From a virus (lineage: Duplodnaviria > Caudoviricetes), in IMG/VR virus record IMGVR_UViG_3300021408_000173, positions 1 to 40,297 of that record: 40,297 nt of DNA; one strand, given 5' to 3'. Positions 28,416 through 34,452 of the stretch are shown here, piece after piece; within the stretch, counting starts at the first letter, position 1; each line of letters starts with the position of its first letter. The notes below the pieces were generated by a model. That model had not been told where the DNA came from. It worked only from the letters and a program-made list of their open reading frames with translations, and ran no database searches. The translations under genes were made by a program, and so were the position numbers.

Positions 28416-28904
28416 GTGATGAATATCTGGGAAAAGATTAAGCTGATGTGGAAGGGCCGCTCTATCGCGGAGAATTTGATAAGCATCAAGAGTCGCTGGA
28501 AAGACGCCGGGTTCTGGGCGACGCTGATTGGTAACGTCCTCGCGCTCGTCGGCTCTCTCAACGGGTTCGTCACGCCGCAGACCGCCATCATCGTCAACGC
28601 CATCCTCGGCGCACTATACAACTACACGCGCGGGCTGGCAAAGTCACAGAGCGACGGCGTCTCGCCGTTCAAGTCCTCCAGCGAGTTCATCATGGGCCTC
28701 GTCACGATGACCAACAACGCCCTCATCGACATGCAGACCGGGGGCGTCACCACCGGCGTCTTGGCGGGCACCTCAGTTGTCTTAACGCACGCGATCGCAG
28801 CCGCTCGAGACATGGCCAACATGCGCCCGTCTGAAGCTGTGAAGCGAGCCGAAGGCACCGACGCCGAGGCGAGCGCCGGCGGCGCAGCCGTTAAGGGGAA
28901 ATAA
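28416..28904 (+). CDS. Holin-like membrane protein
   Basis: After the endolysin; two repeated K..(GF/EF)..hydrophobic hairpins; AAGGAGG RBS. Confidence 0.6.
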   Translation: MMNIWEKIKLMWKGRSIAENLISIKSRWKDAGFWATLIGNVLALVGSLNGFVTPQTAIIVNAILGALYNYTRGLAKSQSDGVSPFKSSSEFIMGLVTMTNNALIDMQTGGVTTGVLAGTSVVLTHAIAAARDMANMRPSEAVKRAEGTDAEASAGGAAVKGK

Positions 28905-28923
28905 AAGTGAGGGGGGTTCGGGT

Positions 28924-29172
28924 ATGGCGAAGAACAACAAGCCCAGATCGGTTACGATCAAGGTAACATGGGCACAATGCCCGAACAGGGAATGCGACAG
29001 CAGGCAGTGGGAGAAGTGGGACATCCAAGTTGTCGGGGATATTTTCTCCTGCGGTACCTGCGAGGCATCACTAGAACGTCCCGTATTCCTGCCGCTTGTA
29101 AAGGGCAAGAAGTCGGCGAACGTACTTTGTGACGAGTGTAAGCTACGTGTTTGCCCGCCCCACGAAAAGTAG
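28924..29172 (+). CDS. Zn-finger protein
   Basis: CPNREC, CGTC, CDEC...C. Confidence 0.6.
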   Translation: MAKNNKPRSVTIKVTWAQCPNRECDSRQWEKWDIQVVGDIFSCGTCEASLERPVFLPLVKGKKSANVLCDECKLRVCPPHEK

Positions 29173-29494
29173 TATCCTGCACGATCTCGGCCAGGCGGGG
29201 GTGGTAGTCGACACCTCCCCTGGAGAGCCTGTGCTGGCGATGGCCGACGGCATGATTATCAGGGCGAGGAACAGCGAGAAGGTGGGCGTGGGTTTTTACG
29301 TCCTCCAGATAATCATGCTCCCGGGCTTCGACAGCTGGACGATCAGATACGCGAGGCTCGTCGAGACGCCTATGGTCATGCCCGGGCAGAGGGTGCAGTG
29401 CGGGGAGCGGATCGGGATGGCGAGCGACCCACCTCTCTGGATTGACCTGCAGGACCTGAAAGGGGTCCTTCGGCCCATACCGATCGAAGCGTAG
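29129..29494 (+). CDS. Degenerate M23 (LytM) peptidase-fold protein
   Basis: GEPVLAMADG, YARL, V.PGQRV..GERIG; Zn-binding histidines missing; start uncertain. Confidence 0.7.
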   Translation: MTSVSYVFARPTKSSILHDLGQAGVVVDTSPGEPVLAMADGMIIRARNSEKVGVGFYVLQIIMLPGFDSWTIRYARLVETPMVMPGQRVQCGERIGMASDPPLWIDLQDLKGVLRPIPIEA

Positions 29495-29592
29495 GATCGC
29501 GTTTTAAGCCCCTTAAACCCATCAGACTGATCCTACCACGTTTTAGCTACCCAAGGCCAGCCAGACGCTGCGCCGTCTCTCCTACGGATGAC

Positions 29593-29847
29593 CTACACGC
29601 CGGCTCTGAGCAAATAAGCGGCCAGTAAGAACAAACCGAGGAACATGGCCAACAATCCAACCAGGACATGCACCCAGTAGTGAGCCATGAACAAATGGCC
29701 GGTTTCCCCTATGTCCCCGCACTTGTCGCAGATCATGGGAGGTCTGATCTTGGACACCTTTGGAAGGACCGACCGACGGCAGTGCACGCAGATACGGGAC
29801 TCGTCGTGGATCATGTGCGCACAGTGCGGGCAAGGTTTCATCGCCAT
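29593..29847 (-). CDS. Zn-ribbon membrane protein
   Basis: CPHC..CVHC..CDKC then a C-terminal TM helix. Confidence 0.7.
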   Translation of the reverse strand: MAMKPCPHCAHMIHDESRICVHCRRSVLPKVSKIRPPMICDKCGDIGETGHLFMAHYWVHVLVGLLAMFLGLFLLAAYLLRAGV

Positions 29848-30350
29848 CAGAGTGCCTTCCCCCCGTGCCGATAAGGCCGCCGGGAATTAAACATAAGCTT
29901 CGCAATAATTGCTCCTGGTAGGTTCCAGCCCTTCCTCTTGTACCAACTCATCAAACGAATAACAACGTCAGCGCCCTCGGCCTCCGCGCCGGAGAACTCT
30001 GGGATCTTGTCGTCCTTGGGGTTGCCGTGCCTAAGCCACTCGAGTATCTCGCTGGCCTCGCTGTGGACCAGCGCAACGCACTCGCCGTCCGTCGGCATAG
30101 GGTCGTGCCACCCGTGGCTCTCGTTGATGTCGTACGCCACCTGCATCAGGAGATTAAATGTCTGGACGAAATCGCGCTCTAGGCCGCCACCAATACTGAT
30201 TTTCTGGCGCGCGTCCACCTGTCCTTTACCTTGTCCCACGGTTCCTTCTCCGCCCAGCTTGTCTCCGCCACCGACACCTCCGTGGTTATCGGTACCGGGA
30301 AGTTCTCCCTGTCCTCCATCCCCTCCACCAACGCTTCCTTTGCTTTCCAT
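29847..30350 (-). CDS. MazG-like nucleotide pyrophosphatase
   Basis: N..HGW, ALVHSEASEILE..R, E.ADVVIR, K..FN..RPYRHGGK; start at ATG 30350 (AGGAGG) or GTG 30218. Confidence 0.85.
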   Translation of the reverse strand: MESKGSVGGGDGGQGELPGTDNHGGVGGGDKLGGEGTVGQGKGQVDARQKISIGGGLERDFVQTFNLLMQVAYDINESHGWHDPMPTDGECVALVHSEASEILEWLRHGNPKDDKIPEFSGAEAEGADVVIRLMSWYKRKGWNLPGAIIAKLMFNSRRPYRHGGKAL

Positions 30351-31993
30351 ACTTGATCCCTCCTGACCTCGACTCCCATTTCGTCGTGCACCGTAAGGAA
30401 CGGGTGCGCGTCCAGACCCGACAGATTCTTGAACACCCTGTTGATGCCTCGCTTCATGACGAGGGCGGCCGGCCCCTGGCAGAGGACGTTGGCCGCCTTG
30501 TAGCACAGCTCGCGCGGCACGTGGTAGCGCCGTCCGAACTGGTCCTGCACGTAGCCGTCTCTGAGCAGGTCGCCCTGTGACTGCAGCATGAAGTCCCGCG
30601 CCTCGGGTATCTCCATGAAGTATTTGTTCTTGCGGTGCTGCGCGTCTCGCAGTGAAAGCCCCGCGCGCTGCGCGTACCTCTTAGTGCCCATTCCAAAGAT
30701 CAAGCTGAAGTTAAGTTCTTTAGATTGGAACCTTAATTTTTTTATGGCTTTTTCGTCGAGTCCGTCGAAGCAATTTTTTCCAAAAATATATTTACCCGCG
30801 GCCATGTGGAAGTCCACTCCTCTACGGACTTCGGCAAGCAGTCGATCGGCTCCAGCGGCGCAGGCAAATAAAATAAACTCAATCTGTTTGTAATCCGAAA
30901 AGAGGAAGACATAGCCTGGTCTAGGCGTGACTGCTCGTCGGACAAGACCTGGGTCTCTAAGCATCTCGACATTGCCGCCGCGACCTCCTCCCGGTATGTT
31001 TTGAAAATTTGGGTCAGAGCTGCTGAATCGTCCTGTTTTGATTCCATGTTCATCGCTCCCAAAGGGCCAGAAATTAGGATGAATGATTTCATCCACTTGA
31101 TGTTCTAAGAACGCCTCGAAGTACGTGCCTGTGATTTTATTCAACGACCGTAACTCGTTCAGTGTCTTGACAAATTTGTGATCCTTCAGAGCCTGCATGT
31201 ACTCGGTACCGGTGGCCATCAGGCCGGTCTTGGTCTTCTGCCCCGTGTCAAGACCCAGGCTGAACAGCGCCGTCTCCAACTGCTGAGGTGAGTTCGGGTT
31301 GAACTTGCAGCCCACTTGATCGTACAAACTCTCCTGAAGCTCCGCGATCCTGATTTTATTCCCGACAATCGCCTTCTTGCAGTAGTCCTTGTCTATGTGG
31401 ATTCCCCAGCGCTCGATCTCCACCGTGTTCGGGATGACGGCGCGCTCGATCTCGTAGACCCGCTTTTGGCCGCCGCGCATGACCGGCTCCATTTTCCATA
31501 TCATCTTGAGCGTGATGTCGAGGTCCTTCTCGAGGTACTTCCTCATGATCCCGCGCGGGACGTCGGAGTAGTTGGCGTCCTTCTTGCCACGGCGCCGGAG
31601 GCCGGAGAGGATGCGCTTGACCTCCTTCTCCTCGTCGGCGGGGATCCCGAGGTGGCGCGCCGCGCAGTCCTTGAGCTTCAGGTTGGGCTCGTACTCGTTG
31701 TTCATGTAGGTCATCAGCATGCCGTCGTGGACGGTGCCGTCGATGGGGAGCGCGCCCTCCTTCCCCATCTTGAGGTCGAACTTCACGTTCCACCCCATCT
31801 TCTCGACCTTCGGGTCGGCGAGGACCTTCTCCATCAACGCCCACTCGCGCGTCTTGGGCTCGGCCAGGAGAACGTGTCCTGCCTCGTCTTCTATGCCACC
31901 GAGGAAGATCTCGGCCCCCTTCCAGGGGTCTAGCCCGGTGGTCTCGAAGTCGAAGGCTACTCTCTTACCCGCAATGATTGGTAACTTTGACAC
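30179..31993 (-). CDS. Family A DNA polymerase (3'-5' exonuclease + polymerase)
   Basis: DFETTG, WNVKFD, KTGRFSSSDPNFQNIP, DYKQIE, R...K..NF, TVHDE; GTG start with AAGGA RBS. Confidence 0.95.
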   Translation of the reverse strand: MSKLPIIAGKRVAFDFETTGLDPWKGAEIFLGGIEDEAGHVLLAEPKTREWALMEKVLADPKVEKMGWNVKFDLKMGKEGALPIDGTVHDGMLMTYMNNEYEPNLKLKDCAARHLGIPADEEKEVKRILSGLRRRGKKDANYSDVPRGIMRKYLEKDLDITLKMIWKMEPVMRGGQKRVYEIERAVIPNTVEIERWGIHIDKDYCKKAIVGNKIRIAELQESLYDQVGCKFNPNSPQQLETALFSLGLDTGQKTKTGLMATGTEYMQALKDHKFVKTLNELRSLNKITGTYFEAFLEHQVDEIIHPNFWPFGSDEHGIKTGRFSSSDPNFQNIPGGGRGGNVEMLRDPGLVRRAVTPRPGYVFLFSDYKQIEFILFACAAGADRLLAEVRRGVDFHMAAGKYIFGKNCFDGLDEKAIKKLRFQSKELNFSLIFGMGTKRYAQRAGLSLRDAQHRKNKYFMEIPEARDFMLQSQGDLLRDGYVQDQFGRRYHVPRELCYKAANVLCQGPAALVMKRGINRVFKNLSGLDAHPFLTVHDEMGVEVRRDQVWKAKEALVEGMEDRENFPVPITTEVSVAETSWAEKEPWDKVKDRWTRARKSVLVAA

Positions 31994-32120
31994 TATGGTA
32001 TTCCTTGTAGACCATCCCAAACCCCTTGCACGTCACGCACGTGTCGAAGTCTCGCCAGCCGGATCCGGAGCAGTCGTTACATTTTACACAGTCAACCTCA
32101 GGCCCTTCACTCGGTTCCAT
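31965..32120 (-). CDS. DnaJ-type Zn-finger mini-protein (51 aa)
   Basis: Hand-translated: CNDCSGSG...CVTCKGFG (two CxxCxGxG). Confidence 0.65.
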   Translation of the reverse strand: MEPSEGPEVDCVKCNDCSGSGWRDFDTCVTCKGFGMVYKEYHSVKVTNHCG

Positions 32121-32535
32121 ACAGTTCCCCCCGTTGCTTGATCGCCGCGTCGTACACCTTCGTCGCGCACCCGTCTGGGTCCTTGCGGACCTGACATTCC
32201 CAGAAGCGCATGACCGTGAAGCCCATCGTCTTCAGGCTCCGCAGCACGCGCCTATCCCGCTTCTTGTTATTCGTCACCTTGTCACGCCAGAACCTAACGT
32301 TGGACTTCGGCTCGGCGTAGTGCCTAGGGCAGCCGTGCCAGTAGTCCCCGAACACGTCAACTATCAACTTCAAATCTGGAAAGTAAAAGTCAGGCTTACC
32401 CGGTAACTCCGCCCACTGCGTGTAGATCATTCCCCTCTTCTTCAGCGCGGCCGCCAACAGTCTCTCGGGCATGGTATTCTTTCCGCGGATCGCCGACATG
32501 ATCCGGCTTCTAGTCGCCTTGTCTACAGTGTCCAC
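32107..32535 (-). CDS. vsr: Very short patch repair (T:G mismatch) endonuclease
   Basis: MD...RSRIMSAIRGKNT.PE, LPGKPD, YWHGC, FW..K...N..RD, WEC. Confidence 0.92.
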   Translation of the reverse strand: MDTVDKATRSRIMSAIRGKNTMPERLLAAALKKRGMIYTQWAELPGKPDFYFPDLKLIVDVFGDYWHGCPRHYAEPKSNVRFWRDKVTNNKKRDRRVLRSLKTMGFTVMRFWECQVRKDPDGCATKVYDAAIKQRGELYGTE

Positions 32536-33098
32536 TCGTTCACGCGCGTGTAGTCCAGCCGCAGCGTGCCCCTCGAGTTGAGAACCTTGTGCCGCTGGAG
32601 AATGAATTTATTATCCTCCTGGCCGCCGTTAAAGATTGGTGCGCTGGTCAACCGTATGCCTGCCTTCATTATTAGGGGTTCAACGACTAGCACCAGCCTG
32701 TCCACGAAGTTCCAGCGAAGCATGAAGTCGTACGTGGTTGCCCCACCGCACACCACGATACGCTTGCCCCTGCGGTAGTCTAGGAACAGGCGGACGTCGC
32801 TCTGGTGCGGCTCTACAGTCCAAGCCACGTCGTCGGCTGCCCTCGACGTCAGCTCGAGACTCTTCTGCCTGGTCAGCAGCGCCACGGGCTTGCGGACCCT
32901 GGGCATCTCATTAAGCGCGTTCCGCCCGCCCAGCACGATGTCCGCCTGCCGGACCTCGCGCCAAAACTCTTCCTTGTCCTCGGCGCTGGTCCACCCCCCG
33001 TACTTCTCCTGGTTGGGCGCCCCGCCGTCGCTGCGCGCGATGCTCCCGTTAAGGGTGCAGCAGGCGACCATGATGACGGTCGCGCGCTCGCCTTTTAC
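32523..33098 (-). CDS. Dihydrofolate reductase / RibD-C-like protein
   Basis: VIMVACCTLNGSI, WTSAEDKEEF, VLGGRN, VCGGATTY, VDRLVLVVEP; start ambiguous (ATG 33071 or frameshift fusion). Confidence 0.8.
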   Translation of the reverse strand, partial: VKGERATVIMVACCTLNGSIARSDGGAPNQEKYGGWTSAEDKEEFWREVRQADIVLGGRNALNEMPRVRKPVALLTRQKSLELTSRAADDVAWTVEPHQSDVRLFLDYRRGKRIVVCGGATTYDFMLRWNFVDRLVLVVEPLIMKAGIRLTSAPIFNGGQEDNKFILQRHKVLNSRGTLRLDYTRVNEWTL

Positions 33099-33937
33099 TT
33101 GACGAGCTTTGGGCCGCGTATCGGTGGAAACGGGCTGTAGAACGCCATCATCTTTTGGAAGATCGCGTTCGCCGCCCACTGGTCTCCTTCGAGTGCCTGG
33201 ACCGTGACGTCTTTCGTTAAACCCAGATTTGCCGGGTACATCGCCTTTTCTCCGCATAACTCCTCCCTCGTTATCATCTCTTCTGCCGCCGTCCACTGGT
33301 CCTCGTACAGGTGGGCGTTGGACACCTGGTACGACAGGTTGCCGGGCACGACGTCGAGGCCCGCCGCTATCAGCTCCTGGATGAGGCGCGCGCCGAGTAT
33401 GTCGTGTGGCAGGCCGAAGTACAGGTCGGCCGACCGCTGGATGACGGACATGTGGAGGTGCCCGTCGATTATGTGGACGTGCCAGAGCATCACGCACGGC
33501 GCGTTGGGGCCCGGCTTCAGCAGGTCGTCGTTCGGGTTCCACGACAGGAGGACCGCCTGCCGGCTGCTCGGGTCGGCGTCGAGCTTGTCGATGACGGCCA
33601 TGAGCTGGTCGAGGCGGCCGAACCTGTGGCGCCACCGGTACCCGGTCGCGGACTCGACGAGGCCGTCCTTGTTGGCGAACGGGTCCCAGTTCTTGAAGCC
33701 CAGGTCCTGCATGAACTTCACGTCCGACTTCCCGCCCATGAACCAGACCACCTCGGCCGCCGTCCACATCGGGTTGATGTTCCGGAGGTTGAGGATGGGG
33801 AATGAGCCGAGGCGGAAGAAGGCGCCGTCCACCGCGCGGACCATCTTGCCCGTCCGCCGGTTGTGCTCGGGCTTCGCCTGCATGACGCGCTTCAGGAGAA
33901 ATGAATAATAGGTGTCGAACTCAGTCTTGTTTGGCAT
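33095..33937 (-). CDS. Thymidylate-synthase-fold enzyme, predicted dCMP (hydroxy)methylase
   Basis: RTG, E..WF, DQL, SRQ, PC148V, QRSADLYFGLPHD179, HLY; Asp replaces the ThyA Asn. Confidence 0.85.
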   Translation of the reverse strand: MPNKTEFDTYYSFLLKRVMQAKPEHNRRTGKMVRAVDGAFFRLGSFPILNLRNINPMWTAAEVVWFMGGKSDVKFMQDLGFKNWDPFANKDGLVESATGYRWRHRFGRLDQLMAVIDKLDADPSSRQAVLLSWNPNDDLLKPGPNAPCVMLWHVHIIDGHLHMSVIQRSADLYFGLPHDILGARLIQELIAAGLDVVPGNLSYQVSNAHLYEDQWTAAEEMITREELCGEKAMYPANLGLTKDVTVQALEGDQWAANAIFQKMMAFYSPFPPIRGPKLVK

Positions 33938-34346
33938 CTGGCTTCTCCTTGGCCGGGTCGTATGACTTGATGGCTTTGGCTAGCCACTCGCCCTCCGCTA
34001 ACTCCACGTGGCCGTCCTCGTCGTCCTCATAGAGCGCAGCAGCCTCCCCGAAGGTGAACGCGGCGTAGTTGATCGCGTCCGCCATTGACTCGAGGATCGC
34101 CGCCACCTGTTCCTTCGACGGCTTCTCGGGTCTGCCCTGCTTGTCGACGGACCATGATCCGACCTGCGACAGTGCGCGCTTTACCTTCATGTCAACCATC
34201 TGCAGCGCGCCGCGAATGCCGTTCACTTCCCAGTAGTCGCGGAGGTCTATCCCGCCCTTGTTATAGTCCTGATCCCGCTGACCACCCGCTAGCTTAAGGG
34301 CGGTCCCCAATGCTTCCAGGTAAAATTCCTTCTGTCTTTTTTCCAT
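33921..34346 (-). CDS. Nucleotide-modification-associated alpha-helical protein (DUF1599/DUF6378-like, MazG-related)
   Basis: R..DY, K.KR, ES..D.INYAAF; adjacent to the TS-like gene. Confidence 0.6.
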   Translation of the reverse strand: MEKRQKEFYLEALGTALKLAGGQRDQDYNKGGIDLRDYWEVNGIRGALQMVDMKVKRALSQVGSWSVDKQGRPEKPSKEQVAAILESMADAINYAAFTFGEAAALYEDDEDGHVELAEGEWLAKAIKSYDPAKEKPDAKQD

Positions 34347-34452
34347 GAGTTTCCCTCCAGTTTTGCCACATGAAGTACGGTATCAAGGGGATGAACGCCA
34401 TGACCGTCAGAACGAAAACAACCCCTTGAAACACGAAGTCGCGTTTTCTCAT
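34294..34452 (-). CDS. Small membrane protein (52 aa)
   Basis: AAGGAGG RBS; ATGA overlap with primase stop; TM helix. Confidence 0.5.
   Translation of the reverse strand: MRKRDFVFQGVVFVLTVMAFIPLIPYFMWQNWRETHGKKTEGILPGSIGDRP

Noticed and set aside
32523-33767. 414-aa ORF as a single protein from its listed start
   Set aside because: The first ~220 aa are an off-frame shadow of the TS-like gene; only the 3' part is DHFR-like
33095-33937. Calling the gene a canonical thyA
   Set aside because: The specificity Asn is Asp and PCH is PCV, so no symbol was assigned
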